A stretch of 63,547 bases of DNA, filler included, from Olpidium bornovanus S191 (lineage: Eukaryota > Fungi > Olpidiomycota): assembly GCA_017911155.1 (NCBI GenBank). It is 29 parts of 29 records of this genome, joined end to end, with 100 filler letters (N's around TTAATTAATTAA, not from the genome) between each part and the next. Parts side by side here need not be neighbours in the genome. Positions count along the whole stretch, not along the records: positions 1 to 2,236 come from JAEFCI010010666.1; positions 2,337 to 3,914 come from JAEFCI010008286.1; positions 4,015 to 7,115 come from JAEFCI010011002.1; positions 7,216 to 8,609 come from JAEFCI010002790.1; positions 8,710 to 12,440 come from JAEFCI010010703.1; 24 more parts are not named here. One strand, 5' to 3'. Under the pieces are notes generated by a model. That model was not told the DNA's origin and did not search any database. It saw only the letters and a program-made list of their open reading frames with translations. The translations under genes and the position numbers were made by a program. This document shows, in pieces, positions 1 to 10,922 of this stretch (the stretch's first letter is position 1; the number at the start of each line of letters is the position of its first letter).

Positions 1-9
1 GGGGGGGGC

Positions 10-51
<42 letters not shown>

Positions 52-362
52 GATGGTTTGTGACGGACTGAGCCGGACCTGGAAGGCGCACTTGTGAATT
101 TTCCTTTGATGCGCGAATGGAGTGCGTATTTGCATCAGCATTACTACTCATTACCATAATTCGCGGATGGAGATTGGGGGGGTGGGGAGTGAGAGGTTGT
201 GATTCACACCAGGCAGATGCGGAGATGCGGACGCGACTTTGCTGGGGGTTCTGGGGGCTTTCACAAAAATTAGCCACCATCTCGCCCTCCATCATCGTTG
301 CGTCGTCTGATAATTGATTATCAATAGTAGACGACACACCCGTGGCATGGGTAAGCGGCGTG

Positions 363-494
363 TGTCACAGTTGATGCAATGACGACAAGCCCTTGTCGCG
401 ACACAAGCCGCTAGCCCTTGTCTTAATACACAGGGCTGTCCGTGTCACATTCGATGTCACCCCAATGCTTCCCGAAGTGACATGAACTGTGACA
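363..494. mobile_element. Short TG...CA element with 14-bp terminal inverted repeats (solo-LTR-like or MITE-like)
   Basis: TGTCACAGTTGATG at 363-376 and CATGAACTGTGACA at 481-494 (13/14 complementary; outer 10 bp perfect). No clear target-site duplication (GCGTG vs GCGCC). Confidence 0.45.
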
Positions 495-719
495 GCGCCG
501 TTCCCCTACAATACAACGGTGTCATCGTCGTCGAGCGCGTCGACGCGACAAAAAACACAGCAGACAGTCCTCGTTCGAGCCCCGAGCTTTTTTTTTTTCG
601 CCGTGTCTGAATTGCCGACCGCATCACTGGCAGAGCGGCTCGTCCTCCCACGGCATGTCATTAATACGTCACGGGAGTCACAGCAGCCGAACCATGCAAG
701 GAAACCCGCCCACCCCCTC

Positions 720-1675
720 CTACGATTTCTCCGCCTTTTCCTCGTTGACCAACACTCCGACCTCGTCGTACCTTTGCGCCCGAACGGGAAAAGAGGGCGG
801 AAAGAAACCGTCAAAAACCCGCCGAGAAAGTTTCCGCGCCGAAGAGGAAGCTTCCCCGCGCCCGACTCGAGAATCTGCCTCACGCACTTTTTGGCGAAGT
901 GCGAGAACCACTCGTCCAACGACTGCTTCTGCTCCTCCGTGAGGTCGCGCAGCTCGTCGATCGGCCCGTCGAGGGCCGTAAGGACGGAAGCGTCAAAGGA
1001 GTTGTACGCCAGGCCGCGGGAGGCGTCGCGGCCCGCGAAGTTGCCGTAGGGTCCGTCTGTTGCGGGTCGCGCGGAGAAGCGCGCTTGTCGTGTAAGATGC
1101 GAGGCCTCGGCCGGGCGACGCCGGGCCACGATAACGACCAAACCTTCGCGTCCGGACAAACGGAAACTAAAACGAAAGCGAATAAACAAAAAAACCGCCA
1201 CAAAAAGTAACTCTCTACCGGGTCCGTAGAACGACCTCCCGGGGCTGACGTCAAACACTTTTCTTTTCACCGCGAGGTAGATTTCGGTCGTGTCGCGGCC
1301 GTCGTGTTCTGCCAGCTCCCGCGGCGTGAACCGCCGGTACACGACCGTCTTCGGGTGCTTTACCTCCTCCTCCGCGGGCCCGGCCTGCCGCCGAATTTTC
1401 CAGAACGCCTGAAACAGGTAAAGGACCAGCGCGGCGAGGGCCCTGAAATCCGCCTCCCCCAACCCCGAGCGAAAGCGCGGTGAGCGGTTTTGCGAATCTT
1501 TTGACTTCCCCCTCTCCCCTTCCCCCCACATAGAGAAAAGGCCCTCAGGCGGGCGGGAAGACAGCCCTCTTCCCGCGAGGGCGACTCACGCACACGCAGA
1601 CGCGCGCGCACGCACACACCAGTTCACCGGCGACTCCGTGACCTGGGCGGCGAAGGCCGCGAGGGCGTCCAGCAT
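720..1675 (-). CDS. DAP1: Cytochrome b5-like heme/steroid-binding protein (Dap1/PGRMC1 family), 4 exons
   Basis: Splicing gives MLDALAAFAAQVTESPVNW-ALAALVLYLF (TM), FTPRELAEHDG..IYLAVKRKVFDVSPGRSFYGPG, GPYGNFAGRDASRGLAYNSFD..LDEWFSHFAKK, YDEVGVL..*. The cyt-b5 MAPR motifs and GT/AG junctions are visible. Confidence 0.9.
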
Positions 1676-2236
1676 GGCTTCGTTTCCTGGAAGAGGGTCC
1701 GGTTTCCGAGTTTCCGGGGGGCGGCGGAGGCCGGAAGGGGCGAGAGGGAGGGAGATCGCTGGGTTACCGAACACGGATGGGGGGAAAAGCAGGAGCGGTT
1801 TGGTACCGGGAATCAAAAAAAGGAAAGAAAAAAAAAGAAAAGAAAAAAAAAGCAACCGGTGGCCGTACGCAAAAAAACGGAAAACGACCGGATCCGGCAG
1901 AAATCGTAGAGCAACCCTTGTGTTCGTTCCCCCCTCCGACCCCCCCTTTCCTCCCTGCCAGGAAGCGTTCCTAGAGTCCGGCCGTGCCGAAAAAGGGCGG
2001 CCTGGAGCAGATAGGCCCCGGGGGGACAACTCGAAAAAAACTTCCCCACGCGCCTTCTCGGCCCCGTTGTGCCCCGAGGCGTTGCTCCTTCCGCGGCTCC
2101 AGGATCGACAAGAATTCCCCCCCGCGCGCCATTTTTTTTATGAAAAAAAAAAAACAAACAAACACGGCACTGAACATTCTGTTCCAATATGACAGCGTTA
2201 AACAGATGGATTACTGCAGATTTAGGGGTACATGCA

Positions 2237-2336
2237 NNNNNNNNNNNNNNNNNNNNNNNNNNNNNNNNNNNNNNNNNNNNTTAATTAATTAANNNNNNNN
2301 NNNNNNNNNNNNNNNNNNNNNNNNNNNNNNNNNNNN
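2237..2336. other. Artificial contig linker (first of 28): 44 N + TTAATTAATTAA + 44 N
   Basis: The same 100-nt spacer with stop codons in all six frames recurs between every contig; flanking genes are truncated at it. Confidence 0.99.
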
Positions 2337-2468
2337 GGGGAATCCGCCTACTGACATGAGTCATCCTGGTAACGGGATACTGGAATGACTGAGTGGCATT
2401 ACGGGGAATCCGCCTACTGACATGAGTCATCCTGGTAACGGGATACTGGAATGACTGGGCGGCATTAC
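2337..2468. repeat. 66-bp tandem repeat, 2 copies (truncated by contig start)
   Basis: GGGGAATCCGCCTACTGACATGAGTCATCCTGGTAACGGGATACTGGAATGACTG... at 2337 and 2403; partial ACTGGAATGACTGGGCGG again near 2522. Confidence 0.9.
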
Positions 2469-4014
2469 CGCACATGCGGCACTAGTGCGTTACAGGAGTG
2501 ACTGGATTACGCAAACCCATAACTGGAATGACTGGGCGGAATAAAAAAGATACTAACATGACATGAATTGACATGAATTGTCCTGGCAAACAAAGTACCG
2601 CGCTTTGCCGGGTTCGCCCAGTCGTGACCCGAAAACAGGGTCTGCAGCGGCACGGCGTTCAGGTCGGCTGCGCGCGCGGCGACAAAGTTCCGCTGCCCGA
2701 CAGAGCGACCGGTCCGCAGGCAGACATAATCTCAAAGTGACGAGGCATCGACGACGACTTACCTGTTCGATCGCGTCTGTTGACGATGCGCGCGCGACGC
2801 CGTCTACATGGTTTCGGACAATTTTGAGACCCGATGGTCCGCAACCACGCGCGCCTCATCAAATGACACGACATCGTACTGGAGGAGTGCGCTGGGCGAG
2901 CTGTTTGGTCGATGTAACACACGGCGCCCCCTGCCTCTTCATCCTTGCGGCGGTGGGCGGGGTCGCGGCGGGTCCTGCTCGCCCAATCGTTCTAAAACGC
3001 GCAGGTTCCGTCGAGCGTCCCTCTTCGCTTTGTTGCGGTTCACGAGTTGCTGCATCTCTTCCTTTAACGACGCTCGGTCAAAACTGCGGACCCGGGTCTT
3101 CCGGGAATAATCCCGCCTGCAGCACCATGTTGCAGAGGTTCGCCGCCGCCGAGAAAACCAACGCAGGACAGGAGGGTACGCCGAAAAACGGTTTTTCGAA
3201 CGTTCGGCGCTCCACTCCGCGGCGCGCGATTTGACCGAACAGAAATTACTCGTTGATCGGGGACGCCCAGAACCCCGGCTGTTTTGGGAAAGAAGGAACT
3301 GGGAGAGCGGGGAGGGGGGAGAGCGTGGGGGAGATCTGCCCTGATGAAAACAATCGCGCTTACCCGCCAACTCTTGGCGTGCCGCGAATAACAACACGCA
3401 GCATCGGAAAAAAAAAAACTAAAACCGAGCTTGTCCGAAAGAAAAGAAAAATCCTAGGCCACCGTTAAAAACAAGGCCAAAGGTGGACCGGAAAGGTCTC
3501 CGGGGCGGTTGCAAGTCCGAGTTCTACGGCGACCTCGAGCCCGCTATGAAGATCGCACATTTCCTCCTGTTTCTTTCTCGCGGGAACGGCATTCCCTGGC
3601 TTCCCCTTTTTTCCCCACGACTTCCTAATCGCCGTTTTAACGACCGTGCCTGCCGCCTCCGTGCCAGCGGCCGCCCTGCCAGCGGCCGCCGCCGTGCCGG
3701 CCGCCGCCGCCGTGCCGGCCGCCGCCGCCGTGCCAGCCGCGCTGGGCGAGAGCTTGCGGTGTCGAGGTCAGGACCAGCACCATCGTCAGCGCAAAGACGA
3801 AGTAGAAGTCAACCATTTTTACCCCCAGTTTTTTTCGGGTGGACGCTGCTGCGACGTACAGGAAAGGTGAGGGGTCGCGCTCGCGTTGTCGTCGTGGCTG
3901 GAACCTTGCAGTAANNNNNNNNNNNNNNNNNNNNNNNNNNNNNNNNNNNNNNNNNNNNTTAATTAATTAANNNNNNNNNNNNNNNNNNNNNNNNNNNNNN
4001 NNNNNNNNNNNNNN

Positions 4015-4761
4015 CATGATGGACACTTCCGACACCCTCCTTCCGGTTGGTGGCCCGTCGCGCCGCTGATTGATGGCTCGAGCGGCCAACGGTGCGGGAG
4101 AAAGACACGGAATTTTTTTATACACATATTTCTTTCCTCTCTCCATTTGCATTCCGTTCTTCCCCTCTTTACCGCTCGTTCTAACTTTCTGGGGCGATGC
4201 TCGCGGCGGACCCAGCTGGCAAAGATGCTTCGGTACTTGAAACTCCAAAAGTTGTGCGACGCGGTGTTCGTCGTCTTTTGCGTCTCTTGGATCTACACCC
4301 GGCATTATCTCTACTTCATTGTGGTGCGATCCGTCTGCGCCGAGTCAAGCGTCCTGGTAAGCCGTCGGGGGGTGGGGATGGAGGGGAAGGCGGATCAAGG
4401 TGTCTTCCCCCGCGTTCCGGAAATCTTTAATTCTGCGGTTATTAGATTTCCGAGCCGAGCGGGGGGGGGGGGGATTTTCCCACGCCCACGAACGGCCGAC
4501 TCAATCCGCGGGGTGGGTTTTTTTTTCTTTGTTGCCCAGGCGACCTATCCACCCCACCCTGAGAACCCATTCAGCGAGTTCGGAAAGAACGTCTTCGTGG
4601 CCATATTCTTCGTCCTGCAGGTGCTGCTGCAGTACTGGTTTCTCCTTATCTGCAAGGTCCTGTACCGGGTCGTCACCGGCAAAGGCGCCGACGACGCACG
4701 GGAGACATCGTCATCCGACGAGGAAGAGGGCGAAGACAAAGACGAGGGGGGAAAGGAGTGA
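4015..4761 (+). CDS. LAG1: Ceramide synthase (Lag1/Lac1, TLC domain), 3-prime part, spliced
   Basis: MDTSDTLL / LAKMLRYL..LCDAVFVVFCVSWIYTRHYLY / LQVLLQYWFLLICKVLYRVVTGKGADDAR..SDEE: Lag1-family C-terminus with acidic tail. Confidence 0.88.
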   Translation, partial: HDGHFRHPPSGWWPVAPLIDGSSGQRCGRKTRNFFIHIFLSSLHLHSVLPLFTARSNFLGRCSRRTQLAKMLRYLKLQKLCDAVFVVFCVSWIYTRHYLYFIVVRSVCAESSVLVSRRGVGMEGKADQGVFPRVPEIFNSAVIRFPSRAGGGGIFPRPRTADSIRGVGFFFFVAQATYPPHPENPFSEFGKNVFVAIFFVLQVLLQYWFLLICKVLYRVVTGKGADDARETSSSDEEEGEDKDEGGKE

Positions 4762-4879
4762 CGTTTGACGAGTGAGGGGATAGTCCCCAAAAAGGCTGAG
4801 CAGCAGGCTTGGCCTCGAAGAGGTGGCCCCTTGGGAATTTCCGTCCGGCGTGCCGCTCTCGTCGCCAAAAAGTGATTGC

Positions 4880-4957
4880 CTTTTATTGCGCATCTCACCC
4901 GCCGGTCGTTCGAAATCTCTTTTATTGCGCATCTCACCCGCCGGTCGTTCGAAATCT
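4880..4957. repeat. Perfect 39-bp tandem duplication
   Basis: CTTTTATTGCGCATCTCACCCGCCGGTCGTTCGAAATCT at 4880-4918 and 4919-4957. Confidence 0.9.
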
Positions 4958-4981
4958 AACTTTCAGTCCCCCCCCCCCCCG

Positions 4982-5105
4982 CTTCCCGTCCTATGAGCTA
5001 AATTCCACGATCCCTTCCAAAACCCCCGGGGCATTATTAACCCTTCCCGTCCTATGAGCTAAATTTCACGATCCCTTCCAAAAATTCCCTGGGGCGTTAT
5101 TAACC
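4982..5105. repeat. Imperfect ~61-bp tandem duplication
   Basis: CTTCCCGTCCTATGAGCTAAATT(C/T)CACGATCCCTTCCAAAA... at 4982 and 5043. Confidence 0.85.
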
Positions 5106-5604
5106 GGACCGTTAACGTTGCTCCAGAGATTCCATTTTTTCTCCTTTCGCGCATCCTTGTACTTTTAATTTTTTTTTTTCTGCTTTTTGCTTTTTGTCTT
5201 TTTTTTCCCCCCTGGCTGTTATCTGCTTCCTTACTTTGACGCCGGTCCCGCCCAACCTCGCTCACAGAAAATACCAAATACCGCTGCCGCTCTGCTTTCT
5301 TTCGCCGCTCCCGTCTCCCCTCCTTTGAGGAAATCTCGCGAGGTGGACAAGGGAATGGCGCGAGGCGTATGCTACGAAGGGGGGGCGGGGGCGGGGGAAG
5401 GGGGAGCCTGCGAGCGATGGGAGACGGGCATTTCTGTGACGAAAACGAAGAAGACGGCGCCGGCCGTTTCCCCCGTCCCCCCGCAAAATTCCGACGAACG
5501 GTTCCAAAATGCCGGGTAACTTTATAATACTAATAACAATAATAAAGATACAGGGGTTGCACTCTCTCTCCTTCCCCTTCCCGCTCCCCAGGCTTCCTTC
5601 TCCG

Positions 5605-6306
5605 TCAGCCGGTCGAGGGCTTTTCCGACGCAGCCCACCGCTTCTCGGCGGCGGCGACGGTGCCCTTGCGGGTGCGCCCGCCGCAGGCACCCCCCTTGCC
5701 GGCGACGGAGTGGGAGCTGCCGAGGGCGGGCGGGTTCGTGGCGAGGGCGATGAACCCGTCGATGTCGGGCAGGATCTCGCTGCCGTCCGCGGCGAAGAGG
5801 GAACGGGCGGAGTCGAACCCGACGACAGACACCAGGTCCGCGGCGGTCTGCTGGCGCACGGCGACGGAAATCGCGGGCGCCCACGGGTCGAGCGACCGGC
5901 AGCGGTGGGCGGCGGAGAGGAACCGCTGCCTCTCCCCCTCCTCCTCCGCCGCCGCCGCCCCCTCGGCCGCCTCCTCCGCCTCCGCGACCTCCGGCCGCTC
6001 GCCCGCCGCGGTCCTCTTGCCGGCGGAGGCGCGCTTCCCCGACGAGCGGCGGCGGCGGCGGGACCCCTCGGACTCCCTGCGCGGCGGGCCCAGCCCGCGC
6101 CGGCTGGATCCGGGGAGGGACGCCCAGCGCCCGACCCCGACGGCCATGAGGTCGTCGATGTCCATCATCGGCCGGTCGATCTGGATCCCGCCGTCGGATT
6201 TCGACCGCTGCCCGCGCGCCGCCCGCACGTCCTCGGCCGAACCGGGGGCCGACGTCTTCGGCAGCTCCGCCAGCGACACGAGGAAGTCGAAGTCGTGCTT
6301 GCGCTC

Positions 6307-6342
<36 letters not shown>

Positions 6343-6669
6343 CGCCCCCCGGCCCGCGGCGCCGCAGGCCTCGTCGTCCGGCACTTTCTGCAGCAGCCGC
6401 AGCTGCAGCACCGCCTCCGCGTGCACCCGCGACTCGTAGATCTGCGCCGCGACGACGTCGAGGTGCTTCGCCTCGTCCCAGCTGGCGCGCGACAGCGGGG
6501 CCGACCGCGGCGCGCGGTGGAAGCCGCCGGCGCTGCAGCGGGTCCTGTCCTGGTCTCCTCCTCCTCCTCCTCTTCCGTCGGCGGCGGCCTCTGCCGCCTC
6601 CTGCTGCCCCACGGCGAGGAGGCTGTCGATGTCCTCGAGCAGCGCCGGCTTGCTGCTTAACAGGGACAT
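5605..6669 (-). CDS. Hypothetical low-complexity protein (~354 aa)
   Basis: Long open frame from MSLLSSKPALLEDIDSLLAVG; Ala/Glu/Pro-rich with some ordered segments (HDFDFLVSL, ILPDIDGFIALATNPP); CT microsatellite upstream. No recognised domain. Confidence 0.5.
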
Positions 6670-6848
6670 GGCGGGGCGGCCAGGGGGTGAAATCGGGGTG
6701 GGGCGAGGGCTGGAAGGAGCGGGAGTGGGGAAAATCAGGTCCACGGAGAAACGGGGGAGCCCGGCCTGGCCCGGAGGGAAGGGGGGGGGGGGGCTATGAC
6801 AGGCAATGCGTCCTTCGCTACACTCACTTTAACTCACTTACACACACA

Positions 6849-6872
6849 CTCTCTCTCTGTCTCTCTCTCTCA

Positions 6873-6922
<50 letters not shown>
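6849..6922. repeat. (CT)n microsatellite
   Basis: Direct reading; similar (GA)n/(CT)n tracts near 37484-37524 and 51523-51570. Confidence 0.9.
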
Positions 6923-6927
<5 letters not shown>

Positions 6928-7215
6928 CTCCTGCCCCGCCAGGGGCGCACGGGCGGTTCTGGCGGCGGGGGATTGCGCAGGGCGGGCTTTGCTCGGTTTG
7001 TCGTTTGCGCGGGCGCGATAACCATTTTTTTTTTTTTTTTTTTTTTTTTGCGGCGTTGCCATGGCACCAGACCCGGGGCGCCTCCGAGAGAGAGAGCAAC
7101 CGGGCGGTCCCTTCGNNNNNNNNNNNNNNNNNNNNNNNNNNNNNNNNNNNNNNNNNNNNTTAATTAATTAANNNNNNNNNNNNNNNNNNNNNNNNNNNNN
7201 NNNNNNNNNNNNNNN

Positions 7216-8504
7216 CATGATGGCGATGTTCTCCGGCTCTCCCTCACCGAGGTACTCCCCAATCATTGCTTTTGACAAGCCGTCGGTATTGAGCAAAAAC
7301 CGGGCAATGTCTACCGGCGTCGCCTGCACCTGCAGCCAACCTGAGTTTTTCAGAAACTGGATACCCTTTTTCGGTTTAAAGTTGAAATGCCTGATGCCCT
7401 CCTGCAAAAGCTGCTTGCGCTGCTTTAGCTCCTTGAACTGCGAGGGGTCGTCGGTGGAAGGGCGCACGGCCGGCTGCGCCCCCTGAGGGGCCGTCCCGCC
7501 GGCGCTCCCCCCCACCCCGCCGCCGCCGTCGCCGCCGGTCCCCGATTCTTCGGACTGCCGCGGCGTACCCTCCCCGACGCCAATGGCGCCCGCGGCACCG
7601 CCCGCTTCGTTCTCCGCGGGCAACCGCTTCGCCTCCAAACTGGGACGGCTGCACCACGCGACGAGCGACCGCAACAGAGCGACGAGACACTCGAGCCCGC
7701 GGTTCTTCAGGGCCCACTCGTTGATGGTGGAGCTCTGCCCCGACGTCGAGAGAGCGGAATTCACGTTGGCGGTCGTGAGCGACGGCGGGATAAGAAGACT
7801 CCCGGGTGCAGGATGTGTGCTATGACTATCGCCGGCAGCTGACGGAGCCGCCGCAGTGTCCGACGGGGCCGACGTGCTCCTGGTGGTGGTAGCGCGCGAG
7901 AGCACATTGACCGTTCTGCGGACATCCGACCAAGTACGCTGTCAGTTATAATTCCGGCGCGGCACCCGAGGCGGCACACAGTTGCTCGCCCTGTATATCT
8001 CTCTCACCGCTCGTATATATTGTCCAGTGCCTCCTTGTCACAATCGTAATTCAGATACATCTCAATTACAACTTGCGGATCGTCGCAAACCTTGTAAAGG
8101 AGGTTTAGAATCGCAAACTTCTGTCCAAAGGACGCCGTTCGAAGCTCGGAGATCGAAAGGATGATCTCGTTGAAAAAAACCTCAATCTCCTTGACTAGCA
8201 AATTCCGCAACCCTTCAATGACCTTGGCAAATATTTCAAGTGCGGTCTCGTATATGGGAGGAACGATCGAGACAGCGTTCCGGGAGAGCGAGAGGCAGAG
8301 GTACTGCTTGACAGCGTGGATGAACGTCGCGGAGGAAATCTGGGTAGTGGGCGTGACCGTTGTTATCGCCACAGGCTGAGGTGAGCGCGTGAGCATCCCG
8401 TTGGCGTCTCGCGTCACCAATACCAGCGTGGGCGAGGTGAACACCGGCAGATGAGCCGTCAAAACGTTGAGGATGAGGTGCAGAGCTAGGAGCTTTGATC
8501 GCAT
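7216..8504 (-). CDS. SEC7: Sec7/BIG-family ARF guanine-nucleotide exchange factor, internal fragment
   Basis: RSKLLALHLIL..VIEMYLNYDCD..NIYER (HUS box), LKNRGLECLVALLRSLVAWC, KQLLQEGIRHFNFKPKKGIQFL..IARFLLNTDGLSKAMIGEYLGEGE (start of Sec7 domain). Confidence 0.93.
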
Positions 8505-8842
8505 AGAATGAGATTTTAAGTCGCCAGCACTGAGGAACGGAGCGTAAGCGGGTTATTCCACAAGCAGCTCGATGCAGAGACAAAGGAAAACGGCGGGCGC
8601 GACATGCCGNNNNNNNNNNNNNNNNNNNNNNNNNNNNNNNNNNNNNNNNNNNNTTAATTAATTAANNNNNNNNNNNNNNNNNNNNNNNNNNNNNNNNNNN
8701 NNNNNNNNNAATGAAAGGACAGGGGAAGCGCCGGGGATGAGAAAAACCGACGACGTACAGCTATACAGATCTGTCCTCAAAACAACGTTAAATAGAGAAA
8801 TAAAAGGCGGAAGGAGAGGAGGGGAACATGATGCGCGCGCAG

Positions 8843-10872
8843 TCAACGCACGGCGGGGGAACCGGCCGGCGGAGGGGTTGTCGCGCCCGCACCGGCGGCA
8901 GCGGGAATGCGCCGGTCTGCGGGCGGGGAGGAGCAGGAGGATACTTTGCCGGGCGCGTCCTGCTCGCCCACGCGGCTCGAGGCGGCCCCGGCCAGCGGGA
9001 CTGCGGCGGCGGCGTCGGCGCCCGGTGACGGCTGCGTAGGCGCGGTCGAGACGACCTCGTCCGCGATCTCGGACGAAAGGAGGTGGGCGGGTATGGGCGC
9101 CAGCGGGAAGTAGTCCGCCGTCGCGCGGGAGGCCGCGGTGGGTGTCGGCGCGGACGGGGCCTGCGCGGGCGCAGCGGGCGGCGACGCCGTCGCCTGCGGA
9201 GAAGGCGCCGCGCGACGGGAGGCGACCTCCTCGTTGCCGGCAGTCCCGACGGCGACGCCGGCAGACACCACCGTCCCGTTGTGCCCGGACTCCGCCGAGA
9301 TTACTGGCGGCCGTTGTTGCGATGGTGGCTCGGGCGGCTCCGCCGTGTTCCCCGTCGTCCCCGTCATCGTCGGCGAACCAACCAGCCGTTGTTTCGAGTA
9401 CTCTGCGAACGAGATCCGAGCCTTGGGTTCTCCCGTCGCCGGGATCGAAGGCGGCGCGGACGGCGCCGCCGACAGACCGGGCGGCTCGGGAACGGGCAAC
9501 AGCGGCGGCCGGACAGCGGCGGCGGCGGTCGACTCGCCTTTTCGTGAGGGCGTGAGGCCTGCCGGCCGCTTCTGATCGGAAGGGCGGTGGTCTGGAAACT
9601 CGTCAATGGCGGACAGCAGCGGTGTCGTGGCGCGCGCCAAGGGCGACTCGGCTTTGACCGCCTTCTCGACCGCGGGGGAACCCAGGACCGCCGGGCCGGC
9701 GGATGGCGGAGAGGAGACCTGTACGCGGCGCTGCAGCTGGTAATCGCGGAACGATAATTTCCGTGGGGTAGCTGCGGCCGGCGCAGCGGCGTACGGAGCG
9801 GAAACGCGGGCCCTCTGCCGGTCGTCTCCGGACGTGTCCGCCCCGCCGGACCGCGTGCCCGCCCCGCCGTGCCCCACCTTCAGCTTCTTCCGCACCGTCC
9901 CGTTGGCCGCCTCGGCGTCCTCCGCGTGCCGCTTGAATCCCGACCCTGCCGCGCCTGCCGCCTCGTCCGGCAAGCCGGCGGGAGGCCGGACGCACCAGTC
10001 GGGGTGGTCTCGCATCCACTTCCTCTGCCAAAACTTTTTCGGGAGCAGAGGTGGCGAATTCGGCGGGACGCCAGTCGAACCTGGCCTCCGGCAATCGTCC
10101 GCGAGGCGGCGCCCCTTCCTCTCGTGCCGCCGCATAGAATCCGCGCAATCGTCCCAATCTGCAAGCGAGCCTGCATCTTACGCGGCAAAGAGTTTTAGAC
10201 CGGCGAGAGGCGTGACAAAAGCTCGCTCCGTCCGTATTGCCTTCTAGAACTCACGTTTACGCTTATCGGCCTTGGAAAATTTCCTGTTCCGAGAGTCGGC
10301 TTTTCCGTCCTCTTCCGACGATGATATCCCGGACACGGAAGAGAGTGACGACGTTGACAAGATTCCCGCGTCGTTCGGCTCCGCGTCTCTGGCCGCCCCG
10401 GAGGCGGTTGTCGGCGCTTTCTTTGACGAAGTACGTTTTGACGACGACGACGCGCCCGATCGCTTCCTCTTGGACTTGGCCTGCAAGGCCTTCCGCCTCT
10501 TCGAACCGCCGTGGTTGATTGCCTGGTGCCGGGCGTACTCCCGCTCGTCCTCCGCGTCGTCCACCTCGATATCATCTTCGACGTCTGCAGTCGCGGACGT
10601 GTGCTGGGATGCAGCGCCGGCGTTGTCTTGGTGAGCGGACTTGAGGTCGCCGGAGTCGGCGCAGGCCATTGTCTTTCCGCTGGCCGGCAAGGACGCGTTC
10701 CTGCTGCGCTTCCGCGACGAAGATGGAGCGGCATCGCCGGACTTCTTTGACCCCCCGCCGGACTTGTGAGCGTCCCTCTTGGCGTGTTCCTCTTCTTCCA
10801 TCCGCGCGAACCTTGCGATGATCTCTTGGATCTTGCGTTCCTCCCGCGAAAGCGGCGGATCCTTGTGGCGCG

Positions 10873-10922
<50 letters not shown>

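Noticed and set aside
302-335. Small hairpin GTCGTCT...AGACGAC with inner GATAAT/ATTATC
   Set aside because: Short and isolated, with no context suggesting function.
2281-2292. Recurrent palindromic TTAATTAATTAA motif between N runs
   Set aside because: Synthetic six-frame-stop linker with fixed 44-N flanks; gene neighbourhoods across it are meaningless.
5509-6660. Numerous long Arg/Gly/Ala/Pro-rich ORFs in the track (also around 9-12, 20-22, 31-32, 47-50 and 53 kb)
   Set aside because: Antisense or alternate-frame shadows caused by high GC and trinucleotide repeats.
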